Shown: one piece after another, positions 25,072 to 37,960 of the stretch
Position numbering within the stretch: the stretch's first letter is position 1
Layout: each line of letters starts with the position of its first letter
Translations under genes and position numbers: made by a program
Notes under the pieces: generated by a model
What the model was told of the DNA's origin: nothing
The model's database searches: none
Seen by the model: only the letters and a program-made list of their open reading frames with translations
Assembly (NCBI RefSeq): GCF_009914755.1
Contig: NC_060929.1
Origin: the human T2T-CHM13v2.0 reference genome, Homo sapiens
Strand: one strand, 5' to 3'
Length of the DNA: 64,000 nt

Positions 25072-25107
<36 letters not shown>
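24948..25107. repeat. AT-rich compound VNTR, 6 x [TTTTAAGGGA(AT)n]
   Basis: Units start near 24948, 24974, 24997, 25018, 25039 and 25064; the last ends in about (AT)17. Confidence 0.93.
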
Positions 25108-25110
<3 letters not shown>

Positions 25111-26193
25111 CTTGGGGGAGACACCTTTAATCACCTAAGTAAAGATAAATGGGGAAAAGTTCAACAACTCAATGATTCCTGCATATTTCAGAAAAACTCC
25201 TGGCACAACCCTGAGACACATTGAGTTACAAAAGGCAAGGCACTAGGACAGTGACCCATCCCCGACACACTGGAAATTGTGCTCTTTTCTGTAGGTAGCA
25301 GGCACCTATACATGGCTCTGGTGGGCATTGCTGGATGCTCCGAAGGTCTGAGAGCTGCCTGAGGGAGGGTCTGCATGAAGAACTGCAGGGCCTTCTGGCA
25401 GTCAACGTATCTGGGAGACAAGGGCTCCATGCCATGTGTTGGAACGAAGTGCCAGCCTGAAAGGAGGGTGATTCTGAGTATGCCTAGCGTCTGCCGTGAT
25501 GATCCTTCCCTGAGCCCAGCCAGCCAGAAACCCACTCAGAGGTGCTCTGCAGAGGTAGGGCTGCAAGTAAAAACTAAAAGAGCCATTTCCCTGTCAATGA
25601 ACGATGACAGGGGATCCAGGCAAGTAACTTTGGTGACATATTATTATTTCCGTATACTGAGGGCAGATGTGCATTTTCTCTCTTTGCATCTGGCTGTAGA
25701 AAGCCACTTTGTCTATATGAAAGCCTGTGCCTGGGTGAGGATGAGGATGCCTGGCTCCAAGAGCTGAGGACAGCAGGGGCTCTCAGGGTGTGATGGACAG
25801 ATGACATTTGGGGGACTGGACAGACTGAGCGAGAAGCACATGGTGAATACCGCTTGGGGCCTCCCAGAAACAGATGGGGTATTTTTTGTTCCTGCATGAC
25901 CGTGAGGGGCGAGAGCTGCAAGTCAGCACATGTAACTACAGGGTCACTGGTGTCCCAGTGAGGCTAGGGAATCTGGCTGTTCTTGCTGAACTACTGAGAT
26001 CTGGGGTGGCCCAGCAGGTGGCCAGCTTGTGTGTCCCAAGACCTGTAATAAGAGGGTCCAGGGCACTTCATGAACTAGTGGAAGGCAACCTATCTGATCA
26101 GTATTCCATATGACAGACAGGATAAAAGGATGCACCAGAAAGCTACCTCTTCATGAATACAACAGCATTGAGGACCAGGAACCAATTGCTGCC

Positions 26194-27028
26194 TGAATGT
26201 TAATTCTTGTGTAGTGTTTCATGATTTATGAAATCACCCTTGGTCTAGCTAGATTTTCGTAAGTGGAAGATTGGCCAATGGTTTCGACAGCTGGTATGAA
26301 AGTACAAGAAATTGCATTTAGTGTTTCATGGCTAGAAGATGCAACACACAGTAACTGGTATAACTGTTCAGTGATATAAGGGATGAAGGGGCCTCAATGC
26401 CTCTGGTCCGCTTCCACCAGCTATTCCTTCCTCACCCACACCAAGGCTCTGTAATCGCCACCCACAATCTGATGGGATTTATGCATGGATTTGAATTCAT
26501 ACAACTTGGGTTCATTTGAATGTATACAACTTGGGACATGTTGTACCTTCTTACAGACTCCATGGGGATCAGTTCTAATAGTAGTTTGTTTCTCACTCAT
26601 CTTGGGGGTAGCACCATGTGTTCTTTCTTTTTTCTTTCTTTCTTTGTGAATGTCTGTGTGTGTGAGATGGAGTTTCACTCTTGTTGCCCAGGCTAGAGTG
26701 CAATGGGTGCGATCTCAGCTCACCGCAACCTCCACCTCCAGGGTTCAAGCGATTCTCCTACCTCAGCCTCCTGAGTAGCTGGGATTACAGGCGCCCACCA
26801 CCACACCTGGCTAATTTTGTATTTTTAGTAGAGACAGGGTTTCTCCATGTTGGTCAGACTGGTCTCGAACTCCCAACCTGAGGTGATCTGCCCGCCTCAG
26901 CCTCCCAAAGTGCTGGGATTACAGGCGTGAGCCACCATGCCTGGCCATGTTCTACTTTCATTAGAGAGAGCTAGTAGACCTGGGGTCATTTTGTAAAGCA
27001 TGAAACACTACACAAGAGCTAAGACTCT
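26194..27028. repeat. Imperfect ~85-bp inverted repeat (arms ~26194-26275 and ~26945-27028)
   Basis: Perfect 19-nt core tcttgtgtagtgtttcatg (26205-26223) versus catgaaacactacacaaga (26999-27017), extending with mismatches. Confidence 0.85.
26621..26946 (-). mobile_element. AluSp
   Basis: Sp diagnostics gtttcactcttgttgccc, ctcaccgcaacc, tttctccatgttggtcag, aactcccaacct; (TTTC)n/(TG)n tail. Confidence 0.95.
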
Positions 27029-27744
27029 GCCCTTAGTAACTTGCCTATTGTTGGGAGTTTCCCAGTCAGGAAAACCAGCCCCCATGCCAGGCTCTTGACA
27101 CTACAGACAATGTGTTTAGGGTTCCACCTAAACACCTCCTGAAACCGTTTACATCAGAGCTCCAAAGAGTCACTGAATGGCCACAAACTTGTAGGAAGCT
27201 TCCAAGGATGTGATAGGACTGAATGAAGAAATGCTTAGAAGGAAACTCTCCCTTGCGCCTGAGGAACATCCATGCTTCTCAAACCAAAAGTGGGTTTTAC
27301 GTCCTCAGCTTCTTTTCCCCTGATGATCCCCTCCTTGGAGTGTGTGCTCATTGGTGTTCTAGACTGTGAATCTCTGCCATGCTTCCTATTTCTCCCCTCG
27401 ACCAGATCCCACACTCTGGAGTGCCATGTCCTAACAGGTCCGGATAGAGATCCAGATTCTACAGCAAGGAGGGGAGTGCCTCAGGGGCGGAATCTGAATG
27501 GAGAAAAGTCCGCAGGAAGCACTTGGAGATGCTGGTTGGCTTCACCTGACTTTCTTAAAGTAAGAGGCTCTTCACCTTTAATTAACATCCATTCAGTGAA
27601 TTTCCCTCTGCAATGTCCTGCCTGAAACTCTTCTCTGGACTTCTCTGCACTCGCTGGAGCAGGGCTCCTCAGGTCACCACTGCACTTGAAGGCTTATGTT
27701 CAAAAGCCCAGCATGTTGTGATGACAAAAAATTTGGAAGGCTGT

Positions 27745-28415
<671 letters not shown>

Positions 28416-29789
28416 TCATGCATGGCCCCTGCATTGGGGGTCTGGTGCAATTCTGGCAGCAAAAGGCCAATTACTCTGGGACTCCCCCCACCCCCTGGGT
28501 TTGGAAGCTTATGGAACAAGGGAAAAACCTAAACACTATTGCCCCTGGAGTCAATGCCATTCCATGCTACCTGCTGACCTGTTCACCTGTCTACCAACCA
28601 GAAATATCTGCTAATTTAGCAGAAGGTTTTAGAGCCCATCACTTGGTCTCTAGGCAAGCTAGATTGGACTGATGCAGGGTTAGGCATTTGGCCCTGTGTT
28701 CAGTGAAGGGAGAAGAGCTGCTAGACAAGCTTTCTATGGTGAGTGCCCTTAGGACCTCTGTTTTGCAGGTTGTCAATTTTCAGAAGGCTCACATTGCCTG
28801 TCTACTTAGCTAAAGAGCAATATTAGTGGTCTTTCAAATGATGGGCATCCATCCTTTCCTAAATCCTAGCACTCTGAGTTGCAAAACTGGCTACTATCTT
28901 TTGAATACGAGCAGAGTATTTTTGGAAGCTGTATAGTTCTTGGTATCTCTCGATTTGGCTTAGAGTTCATCTTGATGAATAATTCCATAGGGAGGGAAAG
29001 CAAAGAAATAAAACAATATTTGAAGGGTTAAATTCTATAAAATGCCTCATCGTGCTCGCAGGAGAGATCTCTGGGTCTCCATTGTGCAAATGAGTTTAAT
29101 TCCTATTTAAAGGGCTTTCACTTAAATCCTCCCCTTATCCCTAAAGCAAGCTAAAATTACCAGACATGTGGAGAATTTGAAGTGTAAAATCCTTCTTAAA
29201 GAGAATTTCTGTTTGTAATGAGAGAATAGCAAAGAGACAGGGAGAGGAAGAGAGAGGGAAGAATCAAGACATGAATTCCATACATCTGAATACTGTATAT
29301 ACAGTAATTTCTTTCACATCCTCACCTCAAATGAAATGCCTTGGACTTCAGGATATCACAACTGAGAAACTTAGTTCAGAAACAAGAGGACAACCTAGAC
29401 AAGCATTTAGAGCACTTTGCCAGCATCTCACTTTTAATGGTGCAACTGCAAACGAGTGTAGGTTTGTAATTAGGAAACAGAACAGATGGTGAAGACTTAG
29501 TTTAAAGTGTTCATTAAAATAACCTACACTGCCAAGTTACTGTTCCCTGCTAGGAGGCTGCTGCTCAGTTGAAATATGTTGCACTGAGATGAGATGCAGG
29601 AAAAGATCACTGCGGTAGGGAATGGGGCATAATTGTTTCCCAATTGTCTGCCAATTTCCAGATGTGTGCAGCTGGGAGGCTCCATTTCTGTAATCAAAGT
29701 GGGTACAGAATATCTGAAGCTCCCTGCAAATTCCTTGTCAAATACATATAATCTCTTAGCATTGCATCAAGAAATGCAGTTTTCTGGTG

Positions 29790-30622
29790 TATCGGTTGCA
29801 GTCAGCCGCTTAGAGAGCCCCCATTCCTCCTGCTCTGTGGCGTTCGTGACCTTGTGTGAACCCTCCTTTGAGAGTGAGCTCGACTTAATGACTGGCTTCT
29901 CAGGAATACAGAGGACAGGAGAGAGGGGATGTCACTTCTAAGATTAGACTGCAAAAATGCCAGCTTCCAGGGGCTGGGAAGGATGTGGGTATTTGTGGAG
30001 GGGAAGGAGGGATGAATAGAGGTTGTTAAATAGGTAAAAATATACAGTCAGAAGGAGTAAGTTCTAATGTTCGACAATAGATTAGGGTGACTGTAGTAAA
30101 CAACAATGTATTGTACATTTCAAAATAGCTAGATTTGATGACTTGAAATATTCTCAACACATAGAAATGATACATGCATGAGGTGACAGATACCCTCAAT
30201 ACCTGACTTGATCATTACATTCTGTGCATATAACAAAAAAATCACATGTACCCCGTTAATATACCACATATATATCAATACAAATAATTGAAATCTCCCC
30301 AATCTGGGTATCCGGTGTCACTCACTTGCTCTGAGGGAAGCCAGCTGCTGTGCTGTGAGCTGCCCTGTGGAGAGGCCCAGGTAAGGAATGGATGCTTCTG
30401 GTCAACAGCTAGTGAGGACAAGAACCTGGAGTCACCAGTAGCCACTGAGAGAGCGTGGAAGAGGATTCTCCCCAAGTCGAGCTTTGACTGAAGCCTTTTG
30501 AGAGACCTCAGGCCAGAGGCGCTGGGCACAGGCACATCCATATCCCTAGCTCACACACACTCTGATAATACATTTTTTTTAAGTATTGGGCAATTTGTTA
30601 CATAGCAACAGACACCTAATAC
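29790..30622 (+). mobile_element. MLT1E/F-like LTR interrupted by an L1MA fragment
   Basis: 'gagagtgagctcgacttaatgactggcttct...tgtcacttctaagattag' then 'ctcacttgctctgagggaagccagctgc...ggagaggccca' and end 'atttgttacatagcaacagacacctaatac'. Confidence 0.85.
29968..30290 (+). mobile_element. L1MA (MA5-8-like) 3' end
   Basis: 'agggtgactgtagtaaacaacaatgtattgtacatttcaaaatagctaga', 'cctgacttgatcattaca', 'atcacatgtacccc'. Confidence 0.88.
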
Positions 30623-30935
30623 TATATTCAGAATGCAAGATACCAGAAATCTAAGGCTTATTTCCAATTATTCAGTGGGCAAGTTTCCCACTTATTCTTA
30701 TTGTGTTTTCTCATTTTATGTAATTATGGTTGAACAGTTGGTTCCTAGAATCTCAGTGAGAACATCGGATGAAAGACCTTGTCAAAATATTCAATAGGAA
30801 TATATTTAGTTAAACTTTTACACATAATTCAAATGTCAATTTGAGCTCCCAGAAAATAAAACAGACTGGTTCGCTTTAGAACAGGTGGTCAGGAATCATG
30901 TGTTATCATGTCTGTATGGCTGTGGGTGAAGAAAT

Positions 30936-31240
30936 GTGCACATACATGTGTATCACCACAAGTCTGTATAATACATGCCTGAATGTGTGCATGGATACAC
31001 ATTGAATATATGCATAACATATGTGTCATCGCAAGTCTGCATAATGCATGCCTGAATGTGTGCATGGATACACGCCTGCATATATGCATAACATGTGTAT
31101 CATCAGAAGTTTGTATAATGCATGCCTGAATGTGTGCAAGGATACACGCCTGAATATATGCATACATGTGTATCATTGGAAGTCTGTATAATGCATGCCT
31201 GAATGTGTGCAAGCATATACACCTGATATATGCATACATG
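30936..31240. repeat. 73-74-bp minisatellite, about 4.2 copies
   Basis: Anchor aagt(c/t)tg(t/c)ataat at 30960, 31033, 31107 and 31180; core catgcctgaatgtgtgca in each unit. Confidence 0.95.
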
Positions 31241-31429
31241 GACTCACATATAAACACAGATTTATTTATTTTTAGAGAGAATGCACTGGGTTGCTGCCCT
31301 GGACTTGCTTTATAGAATTTATATGAACAGGACTCCATTCCAGAACTCACTTTATATAGACATGCATACTCCCATTTTTATAGTAACAGAAAAATGAAAC
31401 TCACAGGCATTCCTTCCTATCTTACTAGA

Positions 31430-32075
31430 GCCTCCTTTTGAGACCATTTTGCTCTCTTGCTCCCTCTTTTACAATCCCTAAATCTTGGAATCATTTTAGA
31501 TCTGTTTCCCTAGAACTCTTCTCTCTGCCTGTAGATTTGCTTCTTAGATTACTATTTAAATACTACATACCACATGAACTGAGGATTCTCAAATGTATAT
31601 CTTCTGTCTCGAGCACCAAACTTGTAAATTCTGATACCACCACCTGGATGTCTAAAAGGAATATTTAATTTAAAATTTCCAGAACAAAACTCTGGAATTT
31701 TTCTGCCAAAGTCACCTCAGTTTCCCACCTTAGTAAATAATATGTTTCTTCATTAGGTTGTTCAGGCAGATATCTGAGGGATATTTTTGACCCCAGACAC
31801 CTACGTCTAATCCAATAGCACATTTTGTTGGCTTTACTTTGAAAACATAAATACGACCCGTATTTACCACCTCCATTGCTGTCAACCAAGGCTCATCCAC
31901 CAATACTGTATGTCTGCATCACTGTGATGACCTAACTAGTCTTACCATCCATTTTCCACACGGTAGCCAGAATGATGTCTTAAAATTAGAAGTTAAACAG
32001 TGTCATTGCGTTTCTTGAAACCCTCTAATACTTTCCTACCACAACTGGAATAAAAAGCAAATGCATTTTAATAGC
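31430..32075 (+). mobile_element. L2 fragment
   Basis: 'ccacctggatgtctaaaagg', 'ttttccacacggtagccagaatgatgtcttaaaa', 'gaaaccctctaatactttcc'. Confidence 0.75.
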
Positions 32076-32721
32076 TTTATTAATATCATCTCCTTCAATA
32101 AAAGATGGCTCAAACAACTGGGATAATTGAAGATGTAATGAAGAGACTTGGGTGCGGACCGCTAAGGGAAAGACGAAGTGAGATGCACCTTCATCCTCGG
32201 TGTCAATCAGGACTGGGTGAGAGTGAGAGGAGGCCCTTCAAAGAGATTTCTGCCCCATTCTTTCAACTCATGCCCCATGTCAAATTGATGAATTCTCTTT
32301 TTAACTCTAAAACAAGAAGCAGACAGGAGGTTACAATTGGAACATAGCCCAGATGTGCATTTCTTGAGAGCTATACTTTTGTTTCCTTTTTTGATAAAGC
32401 AATATAGGTTTTGAGCTTTGAAATTAAATAAATTATGAATTCTGAACACTGTTGATAAACCTTACTACTGCCTGGGTCTCCCTGAAGAGAGGTACAGACC
32501 TTTCTTTATCCATCTCTGAATCCTTGTTCAGCTCAGCATCTGCGAACATTTAAATTAGGATTTATATATTATCCCTTTAAATTTTCTGTGGGGATAGGAA
32601 GGACATACACTTGACAGGTAAAGATGTTTGTAGTCAGTGAACCAAGTCTTAGAGAGTTGTATCTAAAAGTTACTAAGTTAGCTGAAGATCAGCCAGGACA
32701 GCTGATATATTTTACCACATA

Positions 32722-33339
32722 TGAGGCAGGGAACCTAGGGTCAATTCATCCTGACTTCCTAGAATTAAATCAAAAGGAAAACCCCAACTTTCCATGCCCA
32801 AATAACAAAAGGACCAGAGACTACTCCCTTTGCAACACCTCCTTCCCCACTTTTTCTGCGAGGCAAATGAGAAACTAAAAGTACCTCTGATCGGTCCCCT
32901 CCTGCAACCGATCAGGCTGGTGGTAGCTGGCCAAGTCTTCATTTGTACAGGAGTAGAACTTTGTAACTTCACTTCAGCCTCTGATTGGTTGCTTTCTGCA
33001 ACCAATCAGACGTTCGTATAGGGTGTAACTTTGCAACTTTGCTTTAGCCTCTAATTGGTCCCCTCCTGCAACCAATCAGGCTGATGATGGGCCACTATTT
33101 CATTTACATAGGGTGTACACCAAGTAACCAATGGGAAACCTCTAGAGAGTATTTAAACCCCAGAAAATTCTGTAATCTGGTTCTTGAGCTGCTTGCTTAG
33201 GCTCTCTCGTATCTTGTGGAGTATATTTTCATTTTCAGTAACTCCCTGCTTTTGTTGCTTCATTCTTTCCTTGCTTTGTGCGTTTTTTCCAATTCTTTGT
33301 TCAAGATGCCAAGAACCTGGACACCCTCCACGGGTAACA
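32722..33339 (+). mobile_element. MER51 (A/B-like) solo LTR (ERV1)
   Basis: tgaggcagggaacc...aagaacctggacaccctccacgggtaaca; 4-bp TSD CATA at 32718-32721 and 33340-33343; repeated ctgattgg/ccaatcag modules. Confidence 0.9.
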
Positions 33340-34565
33340 CATAGACCAGCTTATGTTACCCCAAGGTAATCTGGCTTCAATTTCTCATGTGGTGGAAACA
33401 TTAAGGACAATTTAGAAGTTTAACCAGAATGCTGCTGGTTCTGGACACTGGATCTAAAGCTCTGGCAATATTCAGCATTTCCCAACCTAGTTTAGTTCAC
33501 TTCACTAACAGCAGTAATAACAGTGAAGGAAGAAGGACGTGCCACAATCTAGTCCAGATGCTTTAAGGTTTCTGTGTCCAGAAAGAAATATAAAAACTTA
33601 GAGAAAATGAGTTGCCCTAGGTGCTGTCTCTTCCTCCACATCCAGTCCCCAGATGGCTCTTCCATCCTTTCCTGCCGTCGTTTTGCTCCAGGGCCTCAGC
33701 CTTGCAGACAAGCAGCAACTGGGGTCCCAGTTGTGCATCCCACTTAGGTTCAGCAAATGGGAAACAGTGCAAGGGAAGGAGGAGATAGATTTGAGCATTT
33801 CTTCACTGCTTCCTCCATCCCATGATCCAGTCCTGCGTTGCAAGCAAGCAACACGTCCTTCTGGGACTACAGCCCCTGCTCAGTGCTGCCTCCTTAGGGT
33901 TTGGGATCTTTCTGGGCTCCAGGAACACTCACTTCCCTAAGCATGGTAGCTTCCTGGTTTTGCTGGTCTTCAGCACCTCACCATCTCTTGTTTGCTCTCC
34001 TAACCCATCCCACGCTTCATGTTGAAGGTAGACCCTGTTTCCTGTCAGTGACCTACTTGATATGCACTGTTAAATCACATATACACTTGCTTCTATTGCA
34101 TTAAATATTCTGAAAAATATTTCTTAAGAAACATAAACCAATTAAAATTGATGTGATACTAAAAATATGAGATTATGAATTCTTTCTTTTAGATATCTTA
34201 TTTTCATTATTTTTACAGTGTTCGCATGTTAGAAATGTAATATCATAATATTGAATCACTTTTGTCAATTTTTTTCCTGTAAACTTTTTTTTTCCTTTTG
34301 GAAAAGAGGCTATTTATTTACTCCTATCAGCAAAGACCGTAGGATTTGGGAGACCTGGCACCCCTTTGGGAATACTTTTGCCCCTGTATTACTGGGGGTA
34401 AGCAATTAGGTAAAGATATTTTAAATAGTAGTTTTCCCTGTAGTCAGACCTTTGCTGTTATTGACAATTTTAATGTCCCATTAGTATTTGGCTTGATGGT
34501 ACTCATTTACAACATAGTGATAAATACCATCTCATTTCTGTGCATGATAAACTCTCTCTTAACAA

Positions 34566-34599
34566 GAGGGAGGGAGAGAGAGAGAGAGACAGAGAGAGA
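34566..34599. repeat. (GA)n microsatellite
   Basis: Imperfect GA run read directly. Confidence 0.9.
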
Positions 34600-34899
34600 C
34601 TTCTTATCCCTACTCCTACATCAGCTGACCTTTTATTTCCCCACATTCAGTCCCTGTCATTTCAAAGTCACAAGATCTAAAAAGACAGGCAGGTAGCCTG
34701 TCTAACATTCTGGTCACAATGAGAACAGAGTCAGCATTTCTGGAATCTGATCATTAAAAAGAGTAAGCAGAGCAGTGTGTGAGTGAAAAGGAGCTGTCAT
34801 GGAGGTGGATAGGAAGGAAGAAAGATATTTGAGGGAAAAACATGGTAAGGAGGAGGAAGACCCAGTGTGCGTCCTTACTGCCTATTTGCCCTTCAACAC

Positions 34900-35890
34900 A
34901 GACCACATCAAAAGTGGCTCTGTGTTCTTCTGTACAAAGACACACAATGTCTGGTTGTCTTTCATGTTGTGATATGAGCAGCTATTGATGGTCACAGACT
35001 TCATCCACTCATCCTTTAGGGAATATAAAATGGTGATATTCGAGGCTGGGCACAGTGGCTTACGCCTGTAATCTCAGCACTTTGGGAGGCCGAGGCAGGC
35101 AGATCATGAGGTCAGGAGATCGAGACCATCCTGGCTAACACGGTGAAACCCCGTCTCTACTAAAAATACAAAAAATTAGCCAGGCGTGGTGGCGGTCACC
35201 TGTAGTCCCAGCTACTCAGGAGGCTGAGGCAGGAGAATGGCGTAAATCCAGGGGGCAGAGCTTGCAGTGAGCCGAGGTCGCCCCACTGCACTCCAGCGTG
35301 GGCGTCAGAGCAAGACTCTGTCTCAAAAAAAAAAAAAAAAGAAAGAAAAGGTGATATTTGAATTAGATCATTCTGCCTTCATTAATCAACTGAAATATTT
35401 CTGTAGAAAAAATTTTGTCTGCAACCATGCGGAAGACCAGCGATACAGCTTGCATGGAGGGATGTTTGATTTTCTCTTTATTTACCAACTTTTAAAAATA
35501 GTTGGCTCCTTAGCATCCTCCAATCGTGATCAGTTAGCATTTTCTTCTTCTTAGAATCCTTGTGAACTCAAGGATTTAAGCATTTTCATGTGTTTCACCT
35601 GGCCAGTGCTTATCCCTATTGAGGCTCAACGATTTTTGTCTTTGGTCAGTGAGAGCCTCTGGGTTCAGAATTGCAGCTGAGTTCTTTAAATGTGGTCCTG
35701 GTAGTCTTCCGCAGCTCCCTCACTCTCCGGGTTTCCTTACTCTCCGGCCTCCCTTACTCTCCGGTATGATGTGATGATTCAGTGTCATTGTGGGCATCTC
35801 ATGCCCAGATCAGGAATCGCTATTTCTTTGTGGAGCCTTAGCTTGTTTTAGTGGAAAATGTTATTTTAAGGCCACGATACTGCCATATTT
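34900..35890 (-). mobile_element. L1MC4/5-like 3' UTR fragment (AluY inserted)
   Basis: 'cacaatgtctggttgtctttc...gcagctattgatg...aaaatggtgatatt', 'tttagtggaaaatgttattt'. Confidence 0.7.
35044..35344 (+). mobile_element. AluY
   Basis: gagatcgagaccatcctggctaacacggtg, gaatggcgt, gagcttgcag; TSD ggtgatatt[c/t]ga on both sides. Confidence 0.96.
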
Positions 35891-35949
35891 AAAAATAGAT
35901 ATGTACAATTATTTCTTGATTCTTTTCCACTTTAGCTATTATTTGTTGT

Positions 35950-37960
35950 TTTACTACTGAAAGCAACATTTTGCGCTCATTGAAGCTTTCCCACCCTCCT
36001 CCCAGCAAAACATTTAGTACTTACAATGTTAAGATTAGGCCAAAATTCACAACTGAATTTTTTGTGTGCTGTAATTATATCCATCTATTTATTTATTTAT
36101 ATTTGAGACGGAGTCTCCCTCTGTTGCCCAGCCTGCAGTGCAATGGTGTGATCTCAGCTCATTGTAACCTCTGCCTCCTGGGTTCATGCCATTCTCCTGC
36201 CTCAACCTCCTAAGTAGCTGGGAGTACAGGCATGCACCACTGTGCCCGGCTAATTTTTTTTTTTTTAAGTAGAGATGGGGTTTCACCATGTTGGCTGGGC
36301 TTTTAAGTAAACTTTTTGTTTTCTCTTAAGTTAATCATTGCTTTGATTTTTTCTATGTCTTAAATCATTTGAATTTTTGTCTGTAATTGTTCTCTAAACT
36401 TTCCCCCCCTAAGTAGAATTTCCTCTTCTTACATTCAAGCACATCAAATAATCTGTCAGTTTCTTTCTTTCTTTCTTTCTTCCTTCCTGGATATCATCTT
36501 TCTGGAACGGTTGATCCAGGCTGCTTCCCGCCCCAGGTGCCCTGAAGTCACACGGTGATTTCCCTTCATGTTACCTTTGTTTTTCTCCTTTTGGGAACTT
36601 CTGCGTCTTGTATTCAATGATTTTATACTTAAAAAAATAATTCAGTCCCTTGTACTGGGAGCATCTTCTCAAGTATATTTTAAGATCAATTTTTCAGGCA
36701 AATATTTTTCTGAGAGTGAAAATCTCACACTGAAACCAATAATCTATCTGAATATAGAATTACAAATTAGCAATAATTTGAAAAAAATTTGAGGCATTTT
36801 TCTTATTCCTGACTCAATCCTAGTTGTCCATCCTTTATGTTAATTTTGTTTTCTTTGTGCATGCCTTAACGTTCCTTATCATCATTGCTCTGAAATTTTA
36901 TATTTCATGTCTTTGCTTTCACATTAGGTACGCTGGGATTTTTCTATATGGTGGCTTCATTCTGTCCTGATAATTTTACTTCTTTCATAATTTTGTCCCT
37001 TTCAGTTTTCCTTTTGTTCTGCAATTTACATTATTTGGATATTAGATATTTTGAAATAATCTTCTAATTTCATCTGCACTGCTATTTTGTTATTCATTTC
37101 TTTGTCTTCTTATTATACTTGGTAGGCAATTGTTGAACCTTTTTTTTAACCACCCTATTGAATTACTTTTAAAATTCTGCATAATATTTTTAATATCCCA
37201 GAGATGGTTTTGTTCCTTGAATACTCCCTTTCTACTGCATTCTATGCTTGATTTTATGTTTGCAACCTCTTATCTCTCTGAGGCCATTAATTATAGTGAG
37301 ACGTATTATAAGATTATTTTCTTCTCCTTTGAGTACTATTTTCATCTCCTTCAAGTTTTTTCTTTCCTGTTTGTTTATTCTGTTCTCTGTGCTTCATGAC
37401 AGGTCCTTTCCCACATGGCTTGATGTGTGGCTGGCTGTTCATTTTTAGGAGTGAGGCATTATAAACAGGCCTGGAACTGTGCCTCAACAGAGCTTCTAGA
37501 GTGATGGGCTTCACTGCAGGACCACTGAGTCGAGGCACTCTCAACTCTGAGTTGCATTAGCCAACTTCCCTGCAGAGAAATCTTCCAGCCTCCTGCCTGG
37601 AGTGCTTGAGGTTGGCTACCAGCATCCTGACAGCCTGGTGCAGAACGAGCTCAGTGGTTGTACATTCACTTGATCCTGTGTTTTCAGTATGGCCCCCTTC
37701 CCTGTAATTATGCTTGCTATCTTTCAGTCCAAATTTAAAATGTCTACTCTTCTGCTGAGGTGGAGAATAGAGGGACCCTAAGGTCTAAGTGCTTCTAATG
37801 CACATGTTCAAACACACTCTGTTTTCAGATATCCTTCTCCCTGTCTTCAGATCCCGACACCTTCTGGGGGTTCTGTGGCATAAACTCCCGTGGTGCAGCA
37901 TGTCTACTGTCCACCCTACCTAGGATTTCTGCTTTCCTGCTTATTCCTATTCTAGGCTAA
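35950..37960 (-). mobile_element. HAL1 / old L1 5' region, antisense
   Basis: T-rich ORF1-like remnant followed by 'ttcatttttaggagtgaggcattataaac...gggcttcactgcagg', which I recall as HAL1-like. Confidence 0.6.
36085..36300 (-). mobile_element. 5'-truncated AluS
   Basis: (tatt)n gagacggagtctccctctgttgccc...gtttcaccatgttggc, then ends. Confidence 0.92.

Noticed and set aside
24948-25107. Constant motif with variable intervening sequence (CRISPR-like layout)
   Set aside because: The intervening parts are just (AT)n of differing length.
30889-31350. 153-aa ORF with internal repeats; repeat array superficially like CRISPR
   Set aside because: Translation of the 73-bp minisatellite; the units are contiguous with no unique spacers, there are no cas genes and the context is eukaryotic.
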